Positions 35,494-45,389 of a DNA stretch of 64,000 nt are shown here, in pieces; positions within the stretch are counted from its first letter, which is position 1, and every line of letters begins with the position of its first letter. The position numbers and the translations under genes are program-made. Under the pieces are notes generated by a model. That model was not told the origin of the DNA, did no database searches, and was given only the letters and a program-made list of their open reading frames with translations. Source of the stretch: a virus; IMG/VR virus record IMGVR_UViG_3300008450_000020, positions 1 through 64,000 of that record, one strand, 5' to 3'.

Positions 35494-37093
35494 CCCAGTA
35501 GGACAAGCACTTGCACCTTGGAAGGTAGAAGATTATTTGAATAATCTTTCTTATGCTGAGGATGCGAGTTATGTACCAAGTGATTTTGCTTTGGAGTTTG
35601 TGAGCTTTATTAAGCTGGTGAACGGGGGGAAGGGGGAGGAGAACAAGACACCGGTAGTTCACTACCGGATGTTGGATACCTTGACGAATAGGGGAGAGAG
35701 GATCATTAACCTATGTCATCGGGGTATTGCGAAGACTACGGTGATGGGTGAGTACTTGTTTTTATACATTGCTACCTATGGTGAGATTCCTGGTTTCGGT
35801 AGGATTGATTTGGCTATTTACGTTTCTGACTCTATTGAGAACGGGGTTAAGAACATGAGAAAGAATTTGGAATTCCGTTGGGAGAATTCTGAATTTTTAA
35901 AAGAGTACATACCGAAGATTCACTTTACAGATATCCGGTGGGAGTTTGTGAATGCTGATGGTAAGGTATTTATTGTGAAGGGATATGGTGCTAAGACTGG
36001 TGTGCGTGGAGCTAAAGAGTTAGGTATCCGTCCTCAATTAGCTGTGCTTGATGATTTGATTAGTGATGAAGATGCGCGCTCTGCTACTGTGATTAGTGCA
36101 GTAGAGGATACGGTGTATAAGGCAGTTGATTATGCTTTGCATCCAACAAAGAACTTAATCATTTGGAGTGGTACTCCATTTAATGCTAAAGATCCTTTGT
36201 ATAAAGCAGTTGAGAGTGGTGCATGGAGAGTTAATGTATTTCCGGTGTGTGAAGCATTTCCATGTTCAAGGGAAGATTTTAGGGGGAGTTGGGAGGATCG
36301 ATTCACGTATGACTACGTGAAGAATAAGTATGACAAGGCTGTGCTTGGTGGGAAGGTTGAGACGTTCAATCAAGAATTGATGTTGAGGATTATGAGTGAA
36401 GAAGATCGATTAATCCAAGATGGGGATATTGCTTGGTACAAGGTTGATAATGTAATCAAGAACAAAGGTAAGTTTAATTTCTATATTACGACTGACTTTG
36501 CTACGAGTGAAAAACAGAAGGCTGACTTTTCTGTGATCAGTGTATGGGCTTACAATAATAATGGGGATTGGTTCTGGGTGGATGGGATTTGTAAGCGACA
36601 GCTTATGGATAAGAATGTGGATGATTTGTTTAGATTATCCCAGATGTATAAACCCCAATCTGTGGGGATAGAAGTATCTGGGCAACAGGGAGGGTTTGTT
36701 ACTTGGATTCAGAATCAGATGATGGATAGGAATATTTACTTTAATCTGGCTTCAGAGAATAATACTAATAATCCCGGTATCCGCCCTAATACGAATAAGC
36801 TTGTACGGTTCAATACTGTAGTTCCTTGGTTTAAGGCACGTAAGATGTATTTCCCTATAGAACGGAAGAATGATCCTACAATGCAGGAATGTCTTAATGA
36901 ACTTAGTTTGGTGTCTCCTTCAGGTTTTCGTAGTAAACATGACGACTTTATTGATACTATATCTATGTTGGCTTCATTAACCCCATGGAAACCTTCAGAA
37001 GAAACTGTGTTTGCTAGTTCCGATGGAAATGATATGTGGGAAATGCAAACAGATAAAAGTTCTTTTGATAGAATCTCTTCCTATATTGTTTAA
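35477..37093 (+). CDS. terL: Terminase large subunit (N4 gp68-like)
   Basis: HRGIAKTT Walker A, LAVLDD Walker B, GTP, TTDFA nuclease motif, KHDDFID. Confidence 0.95.
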   Translation: MDYVSDPVGQALAPWKVEDYLNNLSYAEDASYVPSDFALEFVSFIKLVNGGKGEENKTPVVHYRMLDTLTNRGERIINLCHRGIAKTTVMGEYLFLYIATYGEIPGFGRIDLAIYVSDSIENGVKNMRKNLEFRWENSEFLKEYIPKIHFTDIRWEFVNADGKVFIVKGYGAKTGVRGAKELGIRPQLAVLDDLISDEDARSATVISAVEDTVYKAVDYALHPTKNLIIWSGTPFNAKDPLYKAVESGAWRVNVFPVCEAFPCSREDFRGSWEDRFTYDYVKNKYDKAVLGGKVETFNQELMLRIMSEEDRLIQDGDIAWYKVDNVIKNKGKFNFYITTDFATSEKQKADFSVISVWAYNNNGDWFWVDGICKRQLMDKNVDDLFRLSQMYKPQSVGIEVSGQQGGFVTWIQNQMMDRNIYFNLASENNTNNPGIRPNTNKLVRFNTVVPWFKARKMYFPIERKNDPTMQECLNELSLVSPSGFRSKHDDFIDTISMLASLTPWKPSEETVFASSDGNDMWEMQTDKSSFDRISSYIV

Positions 37094-37101
37094 GGTTTAT
37101 T

Positions 37102-37824
37102 ATGAAACTCTCTGAAATCTTTACCCAGCTATCTTATGGTGAGTTATCTCAAGTAAGTATTGGTGGTGGTAGTGTTGGTCAAATTGATGATAGTAATTAT
37201 GAGCAAATACTCGCGCATATTAATCTTGGTTTGACAGCATTGTATAAACGCTTTCCTTTGAAAGAGAACAGCTTTAAGTTATTGATCCAAGAGGGTAAGA
37301 TTACTTATCCTTTACAAAGTAAATATTCTATAAGCAATACGGCTTCTACTGAGTTGGTTAAGTACATTGAAGATACCGGTAATCCTTTCTTAGATGACAT
37401 TCTTAAGATTGAACGTGTGTACACTGATTATGGTTATGAGCTTGGTTTGAATGATTTAGAAGATCCTGACTCAGTAAGAACTCCTAGCGCAAATGTATTA
37501 CTTGTTCCTACAAGTTTAAGTTCTACACTTACTGATGGTAAAATTGAAGTAGTTTACCGCGCTAATCATCCAATTATTAAAATTGGTATGTCGCCATTTA
37601 ATCCTGAAATGATTGAATTGGAATTACCATACACTCATTTAGAACCTTTATTGTTGTTTGTAGCCAGTCGAGTACATAACCCCATAGGCATGACTAATGA
37701 GTTTAATTCTGGTAATAACTATGCAAGCAAGTATGAATTATCTTGCCAACAGTTAGAGATGGTTAACTTACGTGTAGATCAGGGAAGTCAAATTAATCGT
37801 TTGAAGCAAAACGGTTGGGTATAA
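37102..37824 (+). CDS. Head-tail adaptor-like virion protein (N4 gp67-like)
   Basis: LSYGELS...INLGLTALYKRF...YRANHP; position after TerL. Confidence 0.75.
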   Translation: MKLSEIFTQLSYGELSQVSIGGGSVGQIDDSNYEQILAHINLGLTALYKRFPLKENSFKLLIQEGKITYPLQSKYSISNTASTELVKYIEDTGNPFLDDILKIERVYTDYGYELGLNDLEDPDSVRTPSANVLLVPTSLSSTLTDGKIEVVYRANHPIIKIGMSPFNPEMIELELPYTHLEPLLLFVASRVHNPIGMTNEFNSGNNYASKYELSCQQLEMVNLRVDQGSQINRLKQNGWV

Positions 37825-37848
37825 AGATATTTTATTATAGGCAAATCT

Positions 37849-40041
37849 ATGAACATACTAGAACAGACTCAATCAGAAATGGCTGAAAACGAAGAGAAAG
37901 CTTTGACGAATTGGAAGAAACAACCTTCCATTCGTGAGCTTAAAGAAAACCTCAGTGAAGCTAAGCCTTCCCATGATGCACATAAAACGAAGGTAAATGC
38001 TTGGTTGGATAACTTGAATGTTACTGGCTCAGCGAAGTTAAAAACAGAAGCTGGTCAAGAAGGTAGAAATTCTACGATAGTTCCTAAGCTTATTCGTAAG
38101 CAAGCTGAATGGAGATACGCTGCATTATCAGAACCTTTCTTGAGTACCAGGGATGTGTTTAATGTGTATCCAGTAACCTGGGAAGATAAAGAAGCTGCTA
38201 TTCAAAACCAGTATGTACTGAACAACCAATTTAATACGCAATTGGATAAGGTCAATTTGATTGATACTTACGTTCGTGCAGCAGTAGATGAAGGTACAGT
38301 CATCACTCGTGTAGGTTGGGCATTTGAAGAAGAAGAACAAGAGAAGTCTTACCCAATTGTTCAGTTCGTAGAAGATCCTTCATTGGGGCCATTGCATGAA
38401 CAACTTATGCAAATGCAACAAGAATCCCCAAGCCAATATGATACTGATGTTCCGGAAGAGTTAAAGCAAGCTCACCAGATGTCTATGCAAATGGGAGTTC
38501 CTATTGCTGCTATTGTCACTGGTTCAGAGGTACGAAAAGAAATGGTCACAACAAAGAATATCCCTACTGTTGAAGTCTGTGATATTCGTAATGTGATTAT
38601 TGATCCTACTTGTAATGGGGATATTGATAAAGCCAGTTTTGTTATTTACAGCTTTGAGAGTTCTAAAGCCGAGTTAACTAAGGACGGTAAGTACAAGAAT
38701 CTTGATAAAATTCAAGTAACGAATAATAGTCCTTTATCTGTACCAGATCATGCTATCAGTGGCTCAGTAAATAATTTTACTTTTAATGATGAGCCTCGTA
38801 AGAAGTTTGTGGTTTATGAGTATTGGGGATATTGGGATATTGATGGCAGTGGTACAGTAAAACCAATCGTAGCTTCTTGGGTTGGTGATACGATTATTCG
38901 TATGGAAGAAAACCCATACCCTGATAAGAAAATCCCTTTTGTCTTGGTTCAGTACTTACCAGTCCGTAAGTCAATTTATGGTGAGCCAGATGGTGCATTG
39001 CTTGAAGATAATCAGAAGATTATTGGAGCAGTTACACGAGGGATGATTGATATCATGGGCAAATCTGCTAATGGTCAAACAGGTATGCGTAAAGACATGC
39101 TTGATATAACCAATCGTAGAAAGTTTGATCGTGGTTTGGATTATGAATTTAATCCTTCTGTTGATCCTAGAGCCGGTGTACACATGCACACTTATCCTGA
39201 GATTCCTCAGTCTGCGCAGTTCATGCTGAACTTACAGAATATGGAAGCAGAATCTTTGACTGGGGTTAAGAGCTTTAGCCAGGGGGTATCAGGAGCAAGT
39301 TTAGGGGAAGTAGCTGCCGGTATCCGAGGAGCTTTGGATGCAGCATCTAAACGTGAGTTAGGTATCTTGCGTAGATTGAGTGCCGGCATGACTAAGATCG
39401 GTAGAAAGATCATGAGCATGAATGCACAGTTCTTATCTGAGACTGAAGTAGTTAGAATTACCAATGAGCAGTTTGTAAAAGTTCGTAGAGAAGATTTAGC
39501 TGGTAATTTTGATCTTGAATTATCTATTTCTACTGCAGAAGAAGATAACAATAAAGCGCAAGAATTAGCATTTATGTTGCAAACCATGGGGAATACACTT
39601 CCACAAGAGATGTCACAGATGCTATTATCCGACATCGCAAAACTGCGTAAGATGCCAGATCTTGCAGAGAAGATTGAGAACTATAAACCACAGCCAGATC
39701 CTTTAATGCAGAAGAAAGCTGAATTAGAGATACAATTATTGGAAGCGCAGATAGCTTCTGAGATGGCTAAGGCTCAAAGTTTAGGTGCAGGAGCAGGATT
39801 GGCAAGCGCAAAAGCACAAACAGAGGGGGTTAAACAAGGAAATATTCAATCTGATACAGATCAGAAGAATCTTGACTTTGTTGAACAAGAATCTGGAACC
39901 AAACAAGCAAGGGATTTAGAGAAATCTGGAGAACAAGCTCGTAGTCAGGCTCAGTTAAAAGTTTTGGACATGGAAATGAATCGAGAAAAACAGAAATTTG
40001 ACTTGATTAAGACTTATGTTCAGAAAAAAGTAACTGAATAA
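37849..40041 (+). CDS. Portal protein (N4 gp59-like)
   Basis: VPKLIRKQAEWRYAALSEPFL and YEYWG...DIDG; 730 aa. Confidence 0.92.
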   Translation: MNILEQTQSEMAENEEKALTNWKKQPSIRELKENLSEAKPSHDAHKTKVNAWLDNLNVTGSAKLKTEAGQEGRNSTIVPKLIRKQAEWRYAALSEPFLSTRDVFNVYPVTWEDKEAAIQNQYVLNNQFNTQLDKVNLIDTYVRAAVDEGTVITRVGWAFEEEEQEKSYPIVQFVEDPSLGPLHEQLMQMQQESPSQYDTDVPEELKQAHQMSMQMGVPIAAIVTGSEVRKEMVTTKNIPTVEVCDIRNVIIDPTCNGDIDKASFVIYSFESSKAELTKDGKYKNLDKIQVTNNSPLSVPDHAISGSVNNFTFNDEPRKKFVVYEYWGYWDIDGSGTVKPIVASWVGDTIIRMEENPYPDKKIPFVLVQYLPVRKSIYGEPDGALLEDNQKIIGAVTRGMIDIMGKSANGQTGMRKDMLDITNRRKFDRGLDYEFNPSVDPRAGVHMHTYPEIPQSAQFMLNLQNMEAESLTGVKSFSQGVSGASLGEVAAGIRGALDAASKRELGILRRLSAGMTKIGRKIMSMNAQFLSETEVVRITNEQFVKVRREDLAGNFDLELSISTAEEDNNKAQELAFMLQTMGNTLPQEMSQMLLSDIAKLRKMPDLAEKIENYKPQPDPLMQKKAELEIQLLEAQIASEMAKAQSLGAGAGLASAKAQTEGVKQGNIQSDTDQKNLDFVEQESGTKQARDLEKSGEQARSQAQLKVLDMEMNREKQKFDLIKTYVQKKVTE

Positions 40042-40104
40042 TGTATAGTGAAGGGGCATTCGCCCCTTTCTATTAACTTTTTGAAAGCAATGGTAGATAA
40101 ATTT

Positions 40105-40440
40105 ATGAATACAGACCTCCAACAATTAGAACAAGGCTTAGAGAACGCTAAGAAATTAGTGGATCTAGGCAATGCTCTTGACCGTCTCAAAGCGAATAAA
40201 GATTTTCAGCTTTTGATTACTAATGGATACTTGAAAGATGAAGCAGTTCGTCTTGTACATCTCAAAGCAGACCCAAATATGCAAACCCCTGAACGTCAAG
40301 CAAGTGTAATTCGGGATATCGATTCTATCGGTGCTTTGACAAGTTATTTAAACTTGGTTTACCTGAATGCAGACCGGGCATTACGTCAAATCGACGTGGA
40401 TAGTGTCACACGGGATGAAATTTTATCGGAGGGTAACTAA
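40105..40440 (+). CDS. Conserved N4-like coiled-coil protein
   Basis: L..NKDFQ.LI..GYL.DEA.RLV motif; start placed after the hairpin at about 40050-40069. Confidence 0.7.
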   Translation: MNTDLQQLEQGLENAKKLVDLGNALDRLKANKDFQLLITNGYLKDEAVRLVHLKADPNMQTPERQASVIRDIDSIGALTSYLNLVYLNADRALRQIDVDSVTRDEILSEGN

Positions 40441-41645
40441 TGAAAGACGGAACCACTCCAGATTTTTTGAATATGTCTGATGAAGACATAATGAATTTTG
40501 ATCCTTCTAAAATTCCTACAACACCTGAAACCATTACAGATAATTCTACTGGCTCAGACGAAGTAATTACTGATTCTACTAACAATGTAGACCCAGATGA
40601 CTTGCCTAATGATGCTGCACCAGAGGTTGAAGGCACAGACAATACTTCTGACGATGCTGATGATAAAGATGACGACAAAAGTGGTGATGCTACTGTCGTT
40701 ACTCCAGTTACTGCTCCAACTGAGACAAAACAAAATGAGCAAACAAGTCAAGAAACAAAAAATCCAAAGGTTCCGGATAATTCCCCAGTTGATCCAAAAG
40801 TCGAAGCCAATAAAACTAAGGATATTGACTATAAAGCAGTTTGTGATAAACTCTTTACGCCATTCAAAGCAAATGGGAAAGAGATTGCAGTATCTAATGT
40901 GGATGATGCAATTTCTCTTATGCAGATGGGAGCCAATTACAATAAAAGGATGGCTGCGTTAAAGCCTAATCTTAAATTGTTAAAGCTCTTAGAGAATAAT
41001 GATCTCTTGGATGAAAACAAAATTAGTTTCTTGATTGATCTGGATAAAAAGAACCCAGAAGCAATTAAAAAGTTAATGCAAGATAGTAAGATAGATCCTA
41101 TGGATTTATCTGGCAGTACAAATGAATACGTTCCACAAAAACGTGAAGTCAGTGACAGTCAGGTTGAGTTTGATAATGTAATAGGTGAGATCGAAGACTC
41201 TCCAACATTTAACAAAACAATTGATGTTGTGGTTAAGCAGTGGGACAGTACAAGCAAGCGTATTATTGGGGATCATCCTCATATCTTGAAAACTATAGAC
41301 AGCCACATGCAAAGTGGAATCTATGACATGATCATGAAGGAAGTTGACTCTGAGCGTACATTTGGTCGTTTGAAGGGTTTAAGTGACATTGAAGCTTATC
41401 GGCAAGTTGGAGATGCTATTGATGCTCGTGGTGGTTTTAACTCCTTAGCGCAAAAGGAGAACTCCATTATTGAGACTAAAGTAATATCCCCGAAACCAAA
41501 AGTAGAAGATGATCCTAAGCTAAAAGAACAGAAGAGAGCTGCAAGCTCAAGTAAGCCAAGCGTTACCCAAGGTAAACCGGATTTCAATCCGTTAGCTTTG
41601 TCTGATGAAGAGTTTGCTAAATTAGGTAATCCCAAATTTTTGTAA
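40440..41645 (+). CDS. N4 gp57-like protein (scaffold, often annotated tape measure)
   Basis: Acidic low-complexity N-terminus; PFKANG...LMQMGANY; directly upstream of MCP. Confidence 0.8.
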   Translation: MKDGTTPDFLNMSDEDIMNFDPSKIPTTPETITDNSTGSDEVITDSTNNVDPDDLPNDAAPEVEGTDNTSDDADDKDDDKSGDATVVTPVTAPTETKQNEQTSQETKNPKVPDNSPVDPKVEANKTKDIDYKAVCDKLFTPFKANGKEIAVSNVDDAISLMQMGANYNKRMAALKPNLKLLKLLENNDLLDENKISFLIDLDKKNPEAIKKLMQDSKIDPMDLSGSTNEYVPQKREVSDSQVEFDNVIGEIEDSPTFNKTIDVVVKQWDSTSKRIIGDHPHILKTIDSHMQSGIYDMIMKEVDSERTFGRLKGLSDIEAYRQVGDAIDARGGFNSLAQKENSIIETKVISPKPKVEDDPKLKEQKRAASSSKPSVTQGKPDFNPLALSDEEFAKLGNPKFL

Positions 41646-41666
41646 CAAAACTAAAAGGTAAATATC

Positions 41667-43085
41667 ATGCAATTTAATAACCCAAAAGGCGGTACTCCTT
41701 CCAGTGTTGGTAATCAACTGGTCAATGAGTTCTATCAAAAGCAAGCCCTGATTGAAGCGCGTAAGGAACAGTACTTTACTCAGTTGGCAGACGTGACTTC
41801 CATGCCTAAGAACATGGGTAAGAAAATCGTTCGTTATCACTACATCCCAATGTTGGATGATGCTAACTTGAATGATCAAGGTATCGATGCTGCTGGTGTC
41901 GTAATCTTGAGTACTCAGCGTTACATCACATATCCAGCTTTGACTTTTGCTGTTGCCAATGCAGGTAAAGCTGCTGCGGTTGCTGCAATCAACGATAACA
42001 TCGATGCGAATGGTTCTGCTGCAGTGATTGCTTCTGCTGGTGCAGATGGTTCTGGTGGTTCTGGTTTGGCTACTATCACTTTGACGAAACGAGTCATCAA
42101 GTACGCTACTGCTGCTAAGGCTGCTGTAGTTGAAGCTTTGAGCTTGGGTACAGTTACACAGGTTGGTTCTGGTAATTTGTATGGTTCGTCTAAAGACGTT
42201 GGTGCTATCTCCGGTAAGTTGCCATTGTTGTCTGAAACTGGTGGTCGTGTTAACCGTGTTGGTTTCAAGCGTAAAGAACTTGAAGGTACTTTTGAGAAGT
42301 TTGGTTTCTTCGATGAGTACACACAAGCCTCCATGGACTTCGATTCTGATGCAGATTTGATGATGCACATTAACCGTGAAATGATTAACGGTGCTAATGA
42401 AATCACTGAAGATGCTTTGCAAATCGATTTGTTGAACTCTGCTGGTGTCATTAAGTATGCTGGTGACGCAACTACCAATGCAGAAATCGGCAGTGCTGAT
42501 TTGGTTTCTTATGGTGACTTGATGCGCTTGAGTATTGACTTGGATAACAACCGTACTCCAAAGCATACCAAGATTATCACTGGTACTCGTCTGGTCGACA
42601 CTAAAGTTTTGCCTGCATGTCGTGTTGCTTATATTGGTTCTGAATTGCTTCCTACATTCAAAGCCATGGTAGATTTACACAACAACCCAGCATTTATCCC
42701 AGTTGAGAAATATGCTTCTGGCGGTACATTGTTGGTAGGTGAAGCAGGTTCAGTGGATAACTTCCGTTTGGTAGTTGTTCCTGAAATGATGAAATGGGCT
42801 GGTGCCGGTGCAACTACTACCGATGCAATCAACTACGATACAGGTTCACGTTATGATGTGTTCCCAATCTTGGTTGTTGGTGATGAATCCTTTACTACTA
42901 TTGGTTTCCAAACTGATGGTAAAACAGTGAAGTTTGATATCACTCATAAAGCACCGGGTAAGGAAACTGCAGATCGTACTGATCCATACGGTGAAACTGG
43001 CTTCATGAGTATCAAGTGGTTCTACGGTTTCATGGTATTGCGTCCAGAACGTATTGCTTTGATCAAAACTGTAGCGCGCATGTAA
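41667..43085 (+). CDS. Major capsid protein (N4 gp56-like) with insertion
   Basis: [53 protein letters not shown]. Confidence 0.95.
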   Translation: MQFNNPKGGTPSSVGNQLVNEFYQKQALIEARKEQYFTQLADVTSMPKNMGKKIVRYHYIPMLDDANLNDQGIDAAGVVILSTQRYITYPALTFAVANAGKAAAVAAINDNIDANGSAAVIASAGADGSGGSGLATITLTKRVIKYATAAKAAVVEALSLGTVTQVGSGNLYGSSKDVGAISGKLPLLSETGGRVNRVGFKRKELEGTFEKFGFFDEYTQASMDFDSDADLMMHINREMINGANEITEDALQIDLLNSAGVIKYAGDATTNAEIGSADLVSYGDLMRLSIDLDNNRTPKHTKIITGTRLVDTKVLPACRVAYIGSELLPTFKAMVDLHNNPAFIPVEKYASGGTLLVGEAGSVDNFRLVVVPEMMKWAGAGATTTDAINYDTGSRYDVFPILVVGDESFTTIGFQTDGKTVKFDITHKAPGKETADRTDPYGETGFMSIKWFYGFMVLRPERIALIKTVARM

Positions 43086-43103
43086 TTAGTAATTAAGTAG
43101 TAC

Positions 43104-43130
43104 GGGGGGAAGAGAAATCTTCCCTTCTTT
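43104..43130 (+). terminator. Terminator after MCP
   Basis: GGGAAGA-GAAA-TCTTCCC followed by TTCTTT. Confidence 0.7.
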
Positions 43131-43155
43131 CAATCTAATGTAATATTTTGAGGAA

Positions 43156-43737
43156 ATGAAAATGAATGAACTGAACGATGATACGGATTTGCCAATGGTA
43201 GATGAATTGACTGCACTGAAGACACGCGCAGATCAATTGGGTATTACATACCATCCGTCTATTGGTGTAGAGAAGTTGCGTGAAAAAGTAACTGCAGCTT
43301 TGTCAGGAACAAAAGAAAAAGAAGATACTGCAGAAGCTCCCGTAAGTACTCCTGCTGTTGAGACAGAATCAGAACGTCGTTATCGTAAGCGGCAAGAAGC
43401 CAATGAACTGATACGTGTGAATATCACTTGTATGAACCCAGCTAAGAAAGAATGGGAAGGGGAAATTATCACTGCAGGTAATTCTCTTGTTGGATCGTTT
43501 AAAAAATACATCCCTTTCAATACTGTCGATGGTTGGCACGTACCGCGCATTATCTTGAATCAGTTACGTGATCGTCAGTGTCAGATCTTTTATACACACA
43601 AAGATCCTGTATCAGGGCAATCAACCCGTAAAGGTAAGTTGATTAAAGAATTCGGTATTGAAGTACTTCCTAACCTTGCAGGACAAGAATTACAAGACTT
43701 GGCACAGCGTCAAGCATTAGCAGGTACAGTAGCTTAA
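43156..43737 (+). CDS. N4 gp55-like protein
   Basis: LKTRADQLGITYHPSIGVEKLREKV; RVNITCMNPAK. Confidence 0.8.
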   Translation: MKMNELNDDTDLPMVDELTALKTRADQLGITYHPSIGVEKLREKVTAALSGTKEKEDTAEAPVSTPAVETESERRYRKRQEANELIRVNITCMNPAKKEWEGEIITAGNSLVGSFKKYIPFNTVDGWHVPRIILNQLRDRQCQIFYTHKDPVSGQSTRKGKLIKEFGIEVLPNLAGQELQDLAQRQALAGTVA

Positions 43738-43758
43738 TTTAATAAACCAGGATAAGCC

Positions 43759-45318
43759 ATGACAGCAATAACAATAGATCAGCTAACGGAAGGTAGCCTT
43801 ACTGGGGATGGTATTTTTGATGCTCTTATGCGAGCAAATAAAGTACACCTAGATGAGCAGTTTTCCCAAAACAGAATTAGAGGGCCTGAGTACGCTTCGG
43901 TTTATCTTGGTTCATTAAATGCAGTAATGGGTGCTTCTATTCAACTTTTGCTTCAAAAGCAAAGGACAGATTTAGAAGCACAGTTACTCGCCCAACAGAT
44001 TTTATTGACTCAAGTAGAAGTACAAAAAGCTAATGCAGAGCTTGCGATCATCACTGCAAACTTGCCTAAAGTGACTGCTGAGATTGCTCAGTTAAATGCA
44101 CAGACAGCATTGACTGCGCAACAAAAGTTGAACTTAGAAGACGAGCTTTTAACTGCTACAAAACAGCGTGAAAAGATTGATCAAGATATCTTGAGTGCTG
44201 CTGCACAAGTATTACAAATTACGGCTCAAAAGGATTTAGTAGTACAACAAAAAGCTAATTTAGTAGATGAACTCTTAACTACAGCAAAACAACGCTTAGT
44301 TATGGATACAGAGATTGATGTTAAAGAGCGTCAGATTATTGTTACTGAAGCTCAATCTGCTAAAGATTTATTAGTTAAAGCAGCTCAGATCATTAGCATG
44401 GGCAAAGAGGATTTGGTTAAAGATGCTCAAGCTTTAATGATCGGTCAACAAAGAGCTAATTTAGTTGATGAGTTATTGACCTCAACAAAACAGCGTTTAA
44501 AAATAGATCAAGAAATCTTGAATCTGTCTGCTGAAGAAGATCATAAGATTGCTCAAACTTCTTTAGTTACTCAACAAGAATTAAATCTTGAAGATGATTT
44601 GTTGACTGCAGCTAAACAACGTCTAAAGTTAGATCAAGATATTGCTACTGCAACTGCTCAAGCAGCTTTGGTTACGCAACAGAAGCTGAATTTGATTGAT
44701 GAGTTGCTGACTACTGCAGCTCAACGAACCAAGTTGGCTCAAGAGACAGAAAACTTAGTAGCACAAGAAGCTCACACAGTTTCTCAAACTGCTATGGTTA
44801 CTCAGCAGAAGTTAAACCTTGAAGATGAATTATTAACTGCACTTGCTCAACGTAGTAAGATTGATCAAGAAGTCGTTAATCTGGCTACACAGAAGTTGCA
44901 GACAGAGGCACAAACTTTGTTGGTAACTCAACAGAAAGCAAATGCTATCTTGGAAGGTACTGTACTGGTCGCTCAAGAATGTAAGTTACGTGCTGAGTTT
45001 GAATTGTTGAATAGTAATACTCTCAAATCAAATGCAGAAACTACCTTGCTTACTCAGAAGACTGCTACAGAGCGCGCTCAAGTGATTCAAACAGGTGTTG
45101 ATGAAAACAGTGTAATTGGTCGTCAGAAGAATTTGTTCTTAGCTCAATCGGATGGTTTTAAACGAGATGCAGAACAGAAGGCAGCTAAGATCATGGTAGA
45201 TGCTTGGAGTATTCGCAGAACAACGGATAGCCAAGAAGAAGCCAATACGTTGAATAAGCTCGATAATACTAGTATCGGTACTTTTGTAACTAAACTGGCT
45301 GCTGGTGTTGGGGCTTAG
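43759..45318 (+). CDS. N4 gp54-like virion protein with internal coiled-coil repeats
   Basis: G.GIFD.LM N-terminus, GRQK.L...[10 protein letters not shown]-terminus, and six QQKxNLxDELLT repeats. Confidence 0.8.
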   Translation: MTAITIDQLTEGSLTGDGIFDALMRANKVHLDEQFSQNRIRGPEYASVYLGSLNAVMGASIQLLLQKQRTDLEAQLLAQQILLTQVEVQKANAELAIITANLPKVTAEIAQLNAQTALTAQQKLNLEDELLTATKQREKIDQDILSAAAQVLQITAQKDLVVQQKANLVDELLTTAKQRLVMDTEIDVKERQIIVTEAQSAKDLLVKAAQIISMGKEDLVKDAQALMIGQQRANLVDELLTSTKQRLKIDQEILNLSAEEDHKIAQTSLVTQQELNLEDDLLTAAKQRLKLDQDIATATAQAALVTQQKLNLIDELLTTAAQRTKLAQETENLVAQEAHTVSQTAMVTQQKLNLEDELLTALAQRSKIDQEVVNLATQKLQTEAQTLLVTQQKANAILEGTVLVAQECKLRAEFELLNSNTLKSNAETTLLTQKTATERAQVIQTGVDENSVIGRQKNLFLAQSDGFKRDAEQKAAKIMVDAWSIRRTTDSQEEANTLNKLDNTSIGTFVTKLAAGVGA

Positions 45319-45347
45319 TTGGATTAACCGAGTAAGCATGTAATAAT

Positions 45348-45375
45348 AAAAAGAGGAGCAATGCTCCTCTTTTTT
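45348..45375 (+). terminator. Terminator (possibly bidirectional)
   Basis: AAAAAGAGGAGCA-a-TGCTCCTCTTTTT. Confidence 0.8.
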
Positions 45376-45389
45376 GTATAGGAAATACC

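Noticed and set aside
41622-42566. 314-aa and 185-aa minus-strand ORFs opposite the MCP
   Set aside because: Antisense shadows caused by strong codon bias; no recognisable features.
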